DNA of 64,000 nt, taken from NCBI RefSeq assembly GCF_009914755.1, contig NC_060936.1, one strand, 5' to 3'. How positions within the stretch are numbered: the stretch's first letter is position 1; the number at the start of each line of letters is the position of its first letter. Source of the stretch: the human T2T-CHM13v2.0 reference genome, Homo sapiens. The notes below the pieces were generated by a model. The model worked only from the letters and a program-made list of their open reading frames with translations, had not been told where the DNA came from and did no database searches. Positions 1 to 15,360 of the stretch are shown here, piece by piece. A program made the position numbers and the translations under genes.

Positions 1-39
1 GCATGATATACAGAGCAGGAGGCTGGTCCAGGCTCCAAG

Positions 40-166
40 TTTCAGAGGGACCAGGGCCCTGCTAACCCTTAATTTCAGCCTCCGGAACTGTGAGACAAGA
101 CATTTCTGTTGCTTTAAACCACCTGACTGGTGGTACTTTTTGCAACAGCCCTGGAAAACTAATACA
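40..166 (+). mobile_element. MLT1-type (ERVL-MaLR) LTR, 3' end
   Basis: cagcctccggaactgtgagaca...catttctgttgctttaaaccac...ggaaaactaataca resembles the MaLR LTR terminus ending in CTAATACA. Confidence 0.75.
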
Positions 167-1082
167 GACAATTAGGTGTTTTCAAGAGAAAAGGAGCTTC
201 AAGGTTATGCTTGAAGGCCTGTCCCCAAAATTAGCTTTGAGGGTCTCTGGCACCACTAGACAAAGACATCAGGGAGGAAGGACACCTGGGTGGTTCAGAG
301 GGCTCTGCCTTCTAGAATCATTGGCTAATATAATGAATTGCCCTTATGAATGCCCATCAAGAAAACCAAACTCAAACTCACTTGTAGAGGGTGAGTTGTA
401 AGAGTCATTTCTGTTGCCCTTGTGATGCCAGCACTGAGCTCTGCGAATGACCACTTCTTCTCTCACCAGCACAGGGCCATGCCAGCTTGTTAATACCTCT
501 CCTGTTTTAGAGCTACTGTAGCCAACTGCCATATTTTATGCTGCCCTTACTGCCTTGAAAACCCTTGGCATCCTTCTGCAGTTATACTCGGCAGAGTTGA
601 GCCAAGCAGTGGAGCTTCTTCTCAAACTGTTTAGGAGAGAAGCTGCCTAGTTGGCAATGCTCTTGTCCACAGCATGAAGGCTCCCTTCAAAGGTCCAAGC
701 CAGACCAGGAATTTTCATAAATCCCGTCTACATCAAGTGCTCACCTCTGTGCTAGGCTTGCAGCCCCAACAAAAAGGCAGGGAATTCTGGGAGGTAGGAG
801 ATGTGGCCAGGATCTTTTAAACCCACTCAGAACAATGACATCAAACCTCTCATCACCCCTTCTGTGACACCCTCACTCTCAAAGAGGAAAGAACTGTGAC
901 ATTAAAGACTCCTAATATGGCTTGCTTTTTAAGGGACCCAAAACCTCAAACCTTCTCCAAATGAACGCTGTCTGTGAGATCCCGTCTAACCCGTCATATC
1001 TTCACCCTCTGGCAAGCCCACCACATCCCCATCCCCTCTACCACACACACTCCAAATGGCCCAAGAAGTATGTCATACTCAC

Positions 1083-1117
1083 AAATGTTAACTGGAGAAA
1101 CTCCCTCTCCACTCAAC
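1083..1117 (-). CDS. KRT75: Keratin 75 exon 8 (35 bp, LSGEGVSPVNI)
   Basis: cag|GTTGAGTGGAGAGGGAGTTTCTCCAGTTAACATTT|gtgagt; missing from the ORF track; same size as KRT6 exon 8. Confidence 0.93.
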
Positions 1118-1694
1118 CTGATTGGGAAGAGCAGGGAGAAGGAAGGTTACCAATGTGGCCAGCAGCTTAAGGGCCTTTGCAATGACACTTTTGTAATTGT
1201 TGACAAAGCATTTAAACATACTTTATTATTTTTATTGCAGAAGTAATGCAGGTTGAAATTATTTGAGAACTAGTAGTATTAAAGATAATATTAATAATCT
1301 AATGAATAAAATAAGGTGGAGTTTGAGGTTCACAGGAGCAAAATCTATAATCTCAGAAATACAATTTTTGGTTTAAACTACTTAGATGCCTTAAGGAAAT
1401 TAAAAGTAATCATATACTGGCATCAACTGGAAAGAAGGGCCTGTCCTATAATAAGATTTGTCTCTCAACAAGGGACCATTGTCATGCACTGAGCCAGGGC
1501 TGAGCTTATTGTATATAGGTGTGGAGAGGCGTCTGAGTCATAAAAATAACAATAGTAATATCAGTTTATTATTATCTTAGCAACCAAGTAACTTTGCTTT
1601 AGCATCTTCAGGACAGAACTGGCATTCATTCATAAACACATACTGAGAAACTTAACAAGAGGTAACAGCTGTTGATTACCTGTTACTTATATCA

Positions 1695-2235
1695 CACCAC
1701 TTAGTTCTCTCAACAACCCCATGAGGTAGGTATTATTTGCTCACTTTTATAGAGGGAGAAATGGAAGCTCAGACAAGTTAACTAACTTGCCCATAGTCGC
1801 AAAGCTGGACTTGAAGACAGATTCATCTGACACCAAAGCCTATGTCTTTGGCCATGAAACTGAATGATAGCTAACATTTATCGAACACGCTGTGTACCAT
1901 GCATTGTTCTAAGAGCTTTGTGTGTATTCCCTTATTTTAACCCTTTTAATAATGTGAGAGTTTAGAACTATTGTTATTCACATTTTATTGGATGAGAACA
2001 CTGAGAGGTGGAGAGGTTAAGTATCTGCTCTTGGCTACACAGCTCCTAACTGGCAGAGCACAAAGCTCCCATGAAGCTTTGCGGATCATGTAATCTGACC
2101 TTTTCATTTTATCATTGAAGAAATTGAGGGCCAGAGAAGGGAGACTGACTTTCCCAAGGTTATGTAGCTACTTAGTGTTAGATCTGTAAGCCCAAATCCT
2201 AGGACTGTTTGTTCTCAGCCCATGGCCTTTTAGAC
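1695..2235 (-). mobile_element. Three consecutive MIR-family fragments (~1695-1850, ~1865-2060, ~2090-2235) in KRT75 intron 7
   Basis: Antisense MIR core motifs: caacaaccccatgaggtaggtattatt, gagaggttaagta, gactttcccaaggttatgtagct. Confidence 0.7.
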
Positions 2236-2521
2236 CACATTTCGAGAGCTGCCATGTAACCAAATGTCTCCTTTGGTAGAATTCAGTTACTTAGACCTGA
2301 TCAGGTTTTAGGTTTCTATGGGGATGCTAACTGTAGTTGCACCTCAAATGATTTACTAGCCTGGAAGGAAATTAAAATTATTTTTTTGCCATAGCCCAAT
2401 TCTGAACTGCATTTTCTTCCAGGAGAAGAAGGGGCTGCAACAGCCCGAGCCCCTAGGAATGCCCAGGAAGCTGGGGTGAGCTCAACTTGCTTTGAGGATG
2501 AAGTTGGTGCATCTGCCTCAC

Positions 2522-2742
2522 CTGCACTCCTCGCCTTCCAGCAGCTTGCGGTAGGTGGCGATCTCCACGTCCAGGGCCAGCTTGATGTTCATCAGCTCCT
2601 GGTACTCACGCAGGAGCCGAGCCATGTCCTGCTTGGCCTTCTGCAGGGCCTCCTCAAGGTCCACCAGCTTGGCCCGTGCATCCTTGAGAGCCAGTTCTCC
2701 CCGCTGCTCTGCATCAGCAATGGCCGTTTGCAAGCTGGAGCA
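2522..2742 (-). CDS. KRT75: Keratin 75 exon 7 (221 bp, helix termination motif [12 protein letters not shown])
   Basis: cag/gtgag borders; [16 protein letters not shown]...[19 protein letters not shown]. Confidence 0.97.
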
Positions 2743-2883
2743 CTGTAAGGACAGGAGGAAGCCATGAGTCCTGCTGACAGCCCATGGAGGTGTGGTGCTT
2801 CTTGGGGAGGAGTTCTTAAAGATGGCAGAAAGGCCCAGAAGAAATGAGCATTTGAGGAGCTCTTGGCCCTGCCAAATCTTTAC

Positions 2884-3009
2884 CTGCTTCTTGACGCTGT
2901 CAATCTCAGCTCTCAGCCTCTGGATCATGCGGTTCATTTCAGAGATCTCTTGTTTGGTGTTTCGAAGGTCATCCCCATGTCTGCCTGCGGTGACCTGCAG
3001 CTCCTCGTA
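2884..3009 (-). CDS. KRT75: Keratin 75 exon 6 (126 bp)
   Basis: [42 protein letters not shown]; AG/GT borders. Confidence 0.97.
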
Positions 3010-3104
3010 CTGAGAGAACCAGAGCAAACCCAGTCACTGAGTCAAATGCCTGGCCCAGGCACTCGCTGTGCACACAGACCCACCCTGGGTGCCACAAGCA
3101 GGCT

Positions 3105-3460
3105 CATTCATTCCTGGTCATTCACTCATTCCCCCTGAAGCTTACAGTTTATTGGGGGACATAGACATTAACTGAATTAGCATATTATCAAATGTATAGT
3201 TCCACACTAAGATAAGTGCCCTTAGGAAATGAACAGGGTCCTGGGAGAGTGTAATGAAGGAATCTGACCTAGATTTGGAAGTGGGAAGTGGTGGTCAGAG
3301 AAGTCTCTCCAGAGATGGAGATGCTTGAACTGTGGTCTGAAGGATGAGAAGGAGGGACCTAAGTGACCAGTTGTGGGGGAGAACATTCCAGACAAAGGAA
3401 ACAGCCTGCATGAAGACCCTGGGTCAGGGAAGGAACATGGTGAGTTCTAGGAGTGAGACG
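3105..3460 (-). mobile_element. L2 fragment
   Basis: cattcattc start and L2-like gaactgtggtctgaaggatgag, aacattccagacaaaggaaacagc. Confidence 0.6.
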
Positions 3461-4761
3461 GTGATTTGATCAAGGTCCCTGGGGAGTTCCTGGTCACAGA
3501 GCGTGCATCCAGACCAACTGTGCCCATGAATTTTGGTAGCCCTCCAAACACCAGTGCTGGGGAAACAGGGAGGAGATATGGGGGAATGGTGTGGGATGGT
3601 GCAGAGGCTGTGGAAGGCACAATTTTGAAGACTTTGTAAAAGTATTCCCAATCTCAGGTAGTTCTCAATCTAATGGTGCATATCCAGGACATGTGAATTT
3701 AAGAGCAATAATTACACCCTGTCTCCTCCAGCAGACTGAAGTGAAACCTACACCTTTCCCTGACAAAAGGAGATCCCCTGCCAGAGTCAAGATCTGTGGG
3801 GTTCTTGAAAGTGCTGAATAGCTCAGGTTCCCGCTTCTAGGTATACATGATTAAATGGAGCAACAACCCAACAACATGAGGAATCGTTTGCTATCGATTT
3901 CAACCACTTCACCTTGGGGTTAAGTGCATCATGTTTCCTTTCACCGTCAAGGCGCTGCCTCTGCCCTGTGGAACCCTGGTCCCTGCTACCCACCTTCCTT
4001 TCCACCACACTCCTGACCAGAAGGGATGAGGCAACGTATGGAGCAGGGAAAGAGTTGGAACCTGCTCGTAGGTGAGAAGCTGCCCCAAGAGGGGTCTGGA
4101 TTTGACAGGGAGCTGGTATCATGGGTCAATTGTACCCCGCAAAGCCAAACTTCTTTGCGGCTGTCTGAGCTCTGGGCAGTAGCTGTTTGTGTTTATCCCA
4201 GCCTTCCTCTTCCTGACATAAACTCCCTTGCTTGTTCTTGCCTGCCAGCTCCTTGTTCAGCCTTAAACCTCTCCCCACTCCTCAGCAATCTTTTGTCCCT
4301 CATGGCTTCCCAACTGTACAAAGCCCCCACGTCTTCCTGGAAGCTTTTTATTCATGCTATCTTTTCCCTTCCATGATTGTCCATTCACTTCATGGCCTCC
4401 CAGAGCTTGGGTTCTCTGTTTGCAGTTTATTTATTTGCAACCCTGTAACCCTGATTGGCATACAGCAGGAGCTCAGAAAATATATAGAGAATAAATAAGC
4501 CTTTTAGAAACTGCTTCATGACTGTGTCTCGGTTGTCCTGGTGTCTCACCCTGCTCCCACCCAGATCTTGAGGAATGTGGGGCCAGTGGATGTCCTGAGC
4601 TCCCAGCATTGGGCTGACCATGTATTAGTGTGTCTGGTTCGGTTTCCACATGCATTTCAAGCTAAGTTGTCATAGCATCAAAGACATGCCTGCTAAGTTG
4701 AAATAAACGAATGTGCTCACACGTTTCCTGAGGCTGAGTTAAGTGATAATGTGGAGCCTCA

Positions 4762-5049
<288 letters not shown>

Positions 5050-5777
5050 TCAGGAATCCTTTCCTTGGTATTCCTGGCAGATTCTCCCAGCTATTCCCTA
5101 GGTATTCCCATTCATCCCAAAAGATCAGTGTGGTGAAAATCTTTCCCAGCCTTACTTCTCAAGGCTCCCATCTGTGTGCTTTCCCCAGGCATGAGGGTGG
5201 GTAAGCATCCTCTGAATTGGAATTACATAGATTTGAATGTGACACGTGTCTGTTCAGTATGCCAACATAAACGGCTTCTTTAAGAGCATTGGGGACATCT
5301 GGGACACTGCTTCCCCCTGCACAGTGTGACTCCATCACTTTCTACCTCTCTCTCCCTTTCCACAGACCCAGGTCTCTGCCTTTGGAGGGGTAGCGCCCAG
5401 AATGAGGCATCTTCAAAGGGTAGGAAGCCCCCTGACCAATGAGCTGAGGGACAGCTTGCCTTTTTTTTTTTTAATACTTTTCAGGGAAGGGGAAGGGAGC
5501 AGGTATGTGTTGATTCCTTGGGAAATTACCCAGTGTCCTAGAATTTGGGAATCAGTACTCTCTCCTTGTTAGATGTTGTCCTGCCATGGGATAAGGGAGT
5601 TCGGGGGAGAAGCATCAGAGCTGGGGTAGTTTAGTATGACAAGGCTCCAAGTGGTTCTCCCTGGTCCCCCTACCACCCAAGCCCCAGCTTGAAGTATCCA
5701 AGCAAGATGCTGGGCAGAGGCACTGAATGAATGAATGGCACAATGCATCATCCTTTTCTTTCCAGGCTCCAGACCTA

Positions 5778-5951
<174 letters not shown>

Positions 5952-6207
5952 CTAGTCCAAAAGAAGCTGAGCAGATTTCTCCCCAGCCCATCTAGTTTGG
6001 ATTTTAGAAAACTCTGGGTCTGGGTGATTTGGGGTTGGGGATGGGTAATTACGGAGAACTGGGGGCTTGAACTCCCTGAGCTCACAGAAACCCAAGTAGG
6101 GCTAATGGGGCCATCAACGTAGAGGGAACATGTTGGGAGGTTTGAACTCTGCAGATATTCTCAAGGTTGATGTGACATTTCTTGGGTGGCCCAAGGGTCA
6201 GAGGTCA

Positions 6208-6405
<198 letters not shown>

Positions 6406-7301
6406 TTAAGAGCCCTCAAATCATTTCCAGCTCTTCTGCTGACCTGGGCATGACTTTGGGTGATTCATTTAACCTCTATTTCTCCCTCCATAAAAGGGGG
6501 ATAATTTCTTCTGCTAGTTTTTAATAAACTTTTCTAAGAGTAGAAGGTGAGCATGGAACTTAAAGGAATACAAAAATATACTTATGCAACTCCATCTTTT
6601 GATAGATATGCAATGCTAATCTAAAATGTTTTTCCACCTCAAGTGTCTACCGAAATCGTGGAGTAAACTTTATCTGTTCAGCAGGCTGTTTCGGGTAGAT
6701 TTTGATATATTTTCACTGAACCTCAGGGTGGCCCCTGAGAAATATGCTTTTTGTAACTAGGGGTAGCTCAAGCTTAGAAATAAGGGCAAGCTGGCTAATG
6801 GGTTAGTCTGGACCAAATCCCTTTCCACTGGATACCTCACCTACTGCAGCCTGGATGATGTGCAGTCAAAAGTTTCCCCCCACAAGAAAAGTCAGATTGC
6901 CCTCCTTTAAACTCTTCCTTGTTACCTCTCTTCACTCTACAGTGAATGCCATCCTGGAAATGCAAACCATCTCAATAATTGAGCCCATGTCCAATGGAAT
7001 TAAACAATATGCTGACTGTGAAATTACATTATGATTTCTAGAGTGAGTAGCAATATTTTGTCGGATAATGTTGATATCCCTTTGCAGTCATGTGAACAAA
7101 TAGGAATAGGATCTTCATAGCAATACACAAGATGAAGGTCCTTGTGCTACCCCACACAGTGCTGTCTCCACCTTGCAGGATAAAGGCTGCAGTTCCAAAG
7201 CTCCCGGCTGATATCGGCATTTGCTCCTTTGCACCTCTCTGGTCCTCACACAAAGGAGCCTTCAGATGGCTGTGTGTGGCCAGAAGCCAGTCTCCCACTT
7301 A

Positions 7302-7724
<423 letters not shown>

Positions 7725-8029
7725 CTAGAGGCTTCTGTTGGGGAGCTGCTCTTGGGTTAAGTTTCTCAACACCACCTACTCTGGGTTAGGGTAGTTTGCT
7801 GAGCAGCAACTCTCCTGTAGAGAATCAACAAAACTCTTCCCTTGGTGTTGACTGAACCAGCCCATGTGGCTCCGAAAGAGAGGAAATTTCTACCAGGTCC
7901 TGTGGGGCAAGCTGGCCTGACTTGGAAGGGTCTCAGCCCCTGGGAGCCCGTGCTGAACAGTGCTCATTCCCACAGTGGGGTCATTGCATTATTGCTCTCC
8001 CCCCATGGGATGGCTCTTCCAAGAGTTTA

Positions 8030-8746
<717 letters not shown>

Positions 8747-9309
8747 TCACACTCGGCATCCCTCGGGAAATGGTGTAAGGGCCACTGGCTGGTTCCCTGG
8801 CACCCCCTCCCCACAACGTGCAAACTCCTTTCCAGTTGCAACTTGATCAGCATATGAGTAAGAAGCAAGTTAATTGCTTTCCGTCATGTGCTAATGATGC
8901 ATCTTGTAAAGGACTCAGCAAACACTGCCTCATTTCTAAACCGCTTTCTTAGGCCTGGGACCAACTCCGTCCTGTCCAAACATCTTGTGTTAATACAAGC
9001 CACTACACTTCACTGTTTCCTTGGGGTGCTTCCTATTCCCTAAGCATTTTCTCAGCACCTACTGCCTGGTTCCCCAAGCCCCATCAAGCTGTCTTTCCAA
9101 ACCTTGAAGGTCGCGCTCTGTAATCATCTTCCTTAGGAATCCACCCCATTTTGATTGCCCCTTTATTCTGCTCTTAAGCTTCCGTGTCTATTGTGTAGGT
9201 CACACATGGTTTTCTGGAGTGTATGTGTGCCTGTGCCCTGCCCACTGCAATATAATGTGACTCTCAAGGCCAGCCAGTGCTCTGTCTCCTGGGAAGAGAG
9301 GTTGTGAGA

Positions 9310-9490
9310 GGAGAAAGACTCGGGTTTGAATCTCAGACCTGCTCATAGTTGTGGGACCTTGAGCAAGCCATGAAACTTTTCTGTGCCTCAACTTTCATGT
9401 CTGTAAAATGGGGTTTGTAATGAATATTCACATGTGAAAACTTTCGCAATGCCCGGTATATGTAAGTGCTGAGTAAATGTCTATTGAGGC
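9310..9490 (+). mobile_element. MIR fragment
   Basis: gggtttgaatctcag...accttgagcaagcca...tgtgcctcaactttcatgtctgtaaaatgggg. Confidence 0.7.
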
Positions 9491-9961
9491 TTCCCTCTTT
9501 CTGATACAATCAAGTAATATTAAGGAAGTGCCAACCATGTCCATCCTGTGACTAGTCCTGTGGGAATTCAAAAGAAACACAATGCACATTATTTATCTTC
9601 AACAAGCTCATGGTCCTGTTGGGAAGATAAAACTGTACAAGATGGTGTACCATGAATCATCACCTCCAAGCTGCATTTGAGGCTGCCTATCCCAGAAGTC
9701 TCCCAGGCAGGTTCCTCCTCCTCCTGAGGACCAAGAATTCCTAGCTCTCCAGTCCTTCATCAAAAGAGCTCCAACAGCTGCACCTAGCAGAGGATTCGTT
9801 CCTTCCCTGTTTCTCCTGTTAACCTTGTAGACTGTGCCCTACATTCTATATTAGTCTACAAACCGCAAAGAAGACTTCAAGGCACCTCATCTCTCTGTTC
9901 TGCAACTCATTGCCCCATCTCTACCATGGGAAGAGTCAAACCAAAACATTGCTGAATCTTC

Positions 9962-10260
9962 TTTTTTTTTCTGCCTTGAGACAGGGTCTCACTCTGTCAC
10001 CCAGGCTGGAGTGCAGCAGCTCAATCTCGGCTCACTGCAACCGCCACCTCCTGGGCTCAGGTGATCATCCCACCTCAGCTTCCTGAGTAGCTGGGACTAC
10101 AGGCATGCTCCACCATGCCTCTCTAATTTTTTTACTATTTTGTAAAAACTGGGTGTCGACATTTTGCTCAGGCTAGTCTTGAACTCTTGAGCTCAAGTCA
10201 TCCATCCTCTTTGGCCTCCCAAAGTACTGAGATTACGGGCTTAAGCCACCGCGCCTGGCC
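9962..10260 (-). mobile_element. Alu (AluJ-like)
   Basis: Full dimer; TSD tgaatcttcttt at 9953 and 10261. Confidence 0.92.
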
Positions 10261-12227
10261 TGAATCTTCTTTTATCTTGCTGCCTGCTTTCTTCTTGCTG
10301 TGGTTTTGAAGCCTGGGAGAGTAAGAGAGGAATTAATCAGCATTCAGTCTCCATTTCGTGGATGAGGGCATTGAGCCCAGAATGGTTAACTAGTCAGACA
10401 GACCCACAAGAAGCAGAGCCAGATTCCATGGTCTTTCCACACAGGTGTCCTTTTAGGGGCACACTGGTAACCGACCATTTGGCAGATGTTCTCACCTGCC
10501 TGGAATGGCAGCTTGGCACTTGGAGCGGTAGTTCTTTGTTCTCTAAACTGTTTCCTCCTTGGGACTGAGGCCCGGGGGTAAGCCTCTCCCCCATCTAGAG
10601 ATTATTTGGGAGTCTCAGTTTCCACAGGAAAGATATGAATCATAGCTTGTGTTGATACAGGCCAGGAAGAGCAGAGGAGTTCCTTCACCTGGTTCCGTTG
10701 CCAACCCCAGCCAGGGTGGTGCATGGTTCTCAAGTGGAAAGAATAATTATGTTTGTTTTCTGTACTCTTCATTGCATGATAATCTGGCCCCCAGAAGAAA
10801 GGACACTTGTTTCCTGAGCCATACTGAGCAAACGCTTGCAGAGCTTTCCACAAAACAAAGGTCTTGGAGGGTCCAGGCGTGGTGAGTGGCTGGGCCAGCA
10901 TGCCCACGGGAAGGGAGGTCCCCAGCCTTCTCTCACCATGCTTCCCACGTGGGAAGCAGGCTCCAGGCTGCCTTCCCTCCCAGCCATTCCTTTCTTTCCC
11001 ATGTCCCCTGCTGGAGCCCTCTTCCCAGGCACTTCATCTCATTCTGTTTCCATTCTGGTTTTTCTCAGCCATCACCTCTTGCCTGGGGCTGCTCATTTAT
11101 TCTTTTCCTCCTTCCCCTCTAGTTTTTCCAGGACTGTTGTTTCTGAAGCTAGACGGTCTTACTCACAGGCTTTGCCGAGTTAGATTGAAATAGAAAGATC
11201 GTTCACCTCCCTTCCTCCTCCACTCCCTCTTCTGTGACCTTTGACCTGCACAGTGACCTTTATCCTGGTGGTCAATATCTAGAAGAGTGCCTGGGACACC
11301 TGGCTTCCCTGACAACTTGTGTCACCACCCTTTTAAAAATCTCAAAACTCAAGGATTGTTAACACCTTCTTCGCTTTCTGACATTTTTGTTTTGTTTTTA
11401 ACCTCTTTGTAATTCTGCTTACAACTTATCCCTAAGAAGTCATCGAAGGTGAACTGGGCCCAGCACTACCCCTTAACGCTGTTTGCCTGGAATGCCTGTG
11501 TCTGGCATGCCCTTTGATGTCTTCGTTTTCTGGTGGTACGAGTGTTGGTCCACTTCTGAGGGTTGGGCGTTTTCCTCCCAGCTCTGACTAGCCTCCTAGC
11601 CACCCCAGATAGAATTGTGGCAGAAGTCTGTGTGATTCAGGCTGTCTAATTTAAAGAAGAACTACACATTCCTTTCTGTTCTCCAGTCTTTCTGCAGCCC
11701 TCTCCATCTCTGTGTTATTGGGTCTATCTGAGAGGAGTTTTCTTGAGTTTGGAGAAGTGCTGGATTCAGGGGCCATGGTTTGTGCTCTGGTGCGTGAGGC
11801 TGGGAGAGGAAAACTCTTCAGTTTCCCTGTTCTCCGCCCATCCTGCTCGGGGTGATCTCTGTTATCCTGGGAGGAACACTAACGTCCTTCGCAGGTGGTG
11901 GATCCCAGGACATGGGGCCAGGTGGCGATCAGGGCTGTGGAGGAGGAGAGGAAGTGGGTGGGGGATGCCTCTTCCACAGATGAGGAGTGGGGAATGCCCC
12001 AGGGAGCTTTGGCTTCCAGCCAGGCCAGGGCCAGGGCGGGGCCACCAGGGCTAAAGACCATGGGGCAGCAGGGGTTACCTCCCTAGAGCAGGCTGGCCTG
12101 AATCATAGAACCAGGGGCCTGGGCGCAGCATCTGAGGACTTAGGCCACAGCCACCTGCCCCCAGTTCCTCGACTGCTAGACTTCCCAGACTTCTCCTACT
12201 CTCTGTGGAGTCCTGGCTTTAGTGAGT

Positions 12228-12335
12228 AACTATTTATTAGCATCTATAATATGCCAGGCACTCGCTGTTCTAGCACAGGAGATACAGCAGTGAAGAAAGC
12301 AGCCACAACTCCCTTCCCTCCTGGAGTTTATATGG
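12228..12335 (-). mobile_element. L2 3' fragment
   Basis: tatttattagcatcta...tgccaggcac...gatacagcagtgaa. Confidence 0.6.
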
Positions 12336-12393
12336 AAAGAGGTGGGGAGCAGAGGTGATTTGGAGGGGCAGACACAATCCGGGTCTCCCAGCT

Positions 12394-12898
12394 GACACTC
12401 CCAGGGGCCGAGTGTGGAGAAGGTAATTCTGTTGTGGACACTCCAGGGGCCGAGTGTGGAGAAGGTAATTCTGTTGTGGACACTCCAGGGGCCGAGTGTG
12501 GAGAAGGTAATTCTGTTGTGGACACTCCAGGGGCCGAGTGTGGAGAAGATAATTCTGTTGTGGACACTCCAGGGACCGAGTGTGGAGAAGGTAATTCTGT
12601 TGTGGACACTCCAGGGACCGAGTGTGGAGAAGGTAATTCTGTTGTGGACACTCCAGGGGCCGAGTGTGGAGAAGGTAATTCTGTTGTGGACACTCCAGGG
12701 GCCGAGTGTGGAGAAGGTAATTCTGTTGTGGACACTCCAGGGACCGAGTGTGGAGAAGGTAATTCTGTTGTGGACACTCCAGGGGCCGAGTGTGGAGAAG
12801 GTAATTCTGTTGTGGACACTCCAGGGGCCGAGTGTGGAGAAGGTAATTCTGTTGTGGACACTCCAGGGGCCGAGTGTGGAGAAGGTAATTCTGTTGTG
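12394..12898. repeat. Minisatellite/VNTR, 12 copies of the 42-bp unit gacactccaggggccgagtgtggagaaggtaattctgttgtg
   Basis: Counted directly; first unit is 43 bp; g>a variant in units 5, 6 and 9; gat variant in unit 4. Confidence 0.97.
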
Positions 12899-13806
12899 AT
12901 GGCACCTGAGACATGCTGGCCAGAAATGCTTTGCCGTCTTCACTATTTGTGCTGGGGTGGCCGCACTTCCTCAATGTTTGGTGTGTCTAATAGGCACTGC
13001 CCAGCCTGCCTCAGATCTTCCACCTTACAGCCCCCTTTGTGCCTGTAGTCAGAAGCAATAATTGCTCCCCAAAGGGCACTACAGGTGCCAGCTGATCTGA
13101 ACAAACTGCCAAGGTGCAGGACTTTGGACATCTGCTTGCAAATGGCCACACTCACCTGATCCGCTCCTGTCCACTGCCAACTCAACAGCCACTTCACATG
13201 GGCCCAAATTTGATGGGCAGACGTAGAGCCTGTGCAGGTAGGCAGACAACCTCCCCTCTCAGTCCATTTCAGCAGGAAAGTGGTGTGCTGTTTTTATTCA
13301 AACTCAGGCTTAAGAAAGTGTGATGAAACTGTCCTGTCCCTCCGTAATCCAGCCCTTCAGACACACCCAACAGGTGTGCATGTACAAGGTAGACACACAG
13401 ACACATATGTCTTCAGAACATTCACAAAACAGCAATCTGCAAGAGTGTGGTGCTGCCTGGGTGTGTCAGGATACAGAAGTGAAGGAGCAGAATTAGTCTT
13501 TAAAGCCTGGAGGAGCCCTAGAGATGAGGAAACTGGGGTCAGAGAGGAGAAAAGAACTGTCGAAGGCCACACAGCTGTTTGGTAGCTGGGCCAGAACTCC
13601 TGATCCCTTCTGCTGCCCCACATTAGCCCTGAGGCTTCTCCATGTTAGAGAGCACAGCAAGAAACCTCCCTGTTGCCTGAGAGGCACAGGTGGGGCCCTC
13701 CTCGAAGGAGGGTGTTGGTGAGATGCCAGCCTCTCAGGGGCCCTCCCAGGGCACCCTGACAGGAGACTGAAGAATTCCAGGTGTATCTTGGCCATTCATC
13801 TCCAAC

Positions 13807-13974
13807 CTTTTTGTTTGTTTGTTTTTTGCTTTTTGTTCTTGTTTTTGAGACAGGGTCTGGAGTGCTGTGGCACAATTACGGCTCACTGCAGCCTCAACCT
13901 CCCGGGCTCAAGCTATCCTCCTACCTTGGCTTCCCAAAGTACTGGGACTACAAGTGTGAGCCACTGTGCTTGGC
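13807..13974 (-). mobile_element. Monomeric Alu (FRAM/FLAM-like)
   Basis: Single Alu arm with a (gttt)-rich tail. Confidence 0.75.
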
Positions 13975-15062
13975 TTCTTCAGCCACTTTAATGGCCTCGT
14001 TTGTTCCCAGGGTTAGGATGCTTCCTCCACCAAGTCTCTCTGTGGCTTGTGCTGGGGAGAAGCTGCCACACAGGGAAACTGCAGGGAGGGAAAGTGGGAA
14101 GAAATGGGATGCTGCTCCAGCTCTTCCTCGGGGTAGGGACCCAGAGGCCCTCTCTGAACTGAGGAGCGCAGGACCTAGAAACCAGCCTGGTGAACACTGG
14201 CATGGAGTTCCAGCCTGTGGGTGCAGGCTCAGGGGCTGGTGATCCTGGCACGCTGCGGGATGCTGCTGAAACCTCCCCAGTGTCACAGGGTCTGGTGGTT
14301 GCTGTGGAGGCTTGGGGGTGTTTGTCACCTGATGGGAAGTCCGAGCTGAAAGCGGCAGCCTCACCCTCGTGCTGGGCTTGGCACTGCCTCAGTGTCTCTT
14401 GCACACTGAAAACTTGGACATTCTGAAAAGTCTTCCCTCTTTCTTGCTTGCCAGCCCCCTTTCCTCTCCCAGTTACATCTGAGAGACATAGCTGACCTGA
14501 GCCTTCAAACAAGCTGCCTTTGCTCAGCATTTATTCTTTCAAGAAGTATTGGCTGGGGACCTATGGCACGTGAAGCACTGGGATACAGCAGTGAGGGAGG
14601 CACAGTCCCAGCATGGTGACAAGGAAGTGAGTCATTAAGAGAGGTTGTCACTTTAGGGGTAGGTGCAGGGTGTGCACGGGGAGCTCATGATACCTGGGAG
14701 GCCATCACCCCATTGGTGGCCAGGCTGTGGCCATGCAGCCTGGTGGCCAGGCCTTTGCTGTTCACTGCAACTCCAAAAGAGCTCAGAAAGCACACATCAT
14801 ACAGATCCCATATTTCATGGATGAGGAGTGTGAGGCCCAGAGCCTGAGAGGAACCTTAGAGTAAAACTGCAATAGGACAGTTGTCTCCTGTCCCCCAGAA
14901 CAGTGTTTGCCCCATGCCACACTGATCTGTGTGCTGGAGCAGATGGTTAAGTGTTCTCCCTGAGTTCCGCCCACTAGGGGCTTGGGCTGTGGGGAAGATA
15001 GAACCGACACATGTGAAGCAGACATCATGTAAAATGGTATATAACAGAATTTAAAAATATAC

Positions 15063-15360
15063 GCCGGGCACAATGGCTCACGCTTGTAATTCTGGCACTT
15101 TGGGAGGCCGAGGTGGGCAGATCGATTGAGCCCGGGAGTTTGAGACCAACCTGGGCAACATGGCAAAACCCCATCTCTACAAAAAATACAAAAATTAGCT
15201 GGGCATGGTGGTGTGCGCCTGTAGTCCCAGCTACACAGGAGGCTGAAGTGGGAGGATGGCTTGAGCCCTGGGAGGTTGAAGCTGCAGTGAGTTGTGATTG
15301 TGCTACTGCACTCCGTCCTGGGTGATAGAGTGAAACCCTGTCTCAAAAATAAAAAAAAAA
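15063..15360 (+). mobile_element. Alu (AluJ-like)
   Basis: Full dimer with A tail; J-type ttgagccc and gggaggatggcttgag motifs. Confidence 0.92.

Noticed and set aside
12230-13048. Repeat-protein or mucin-like ORFs, or a CRISPR-like array
   Set aside because: Pure head-to-tail 42-bp units with no unique spacers; the ORFs arise from a stop-poor unit divisible by 3
14783-15346. Alu-derived ORFs (also 13781, 28172, 33907, 42407, 49837, 55929)
   Set aside because: Typical Alu reading frames with no exon evidence
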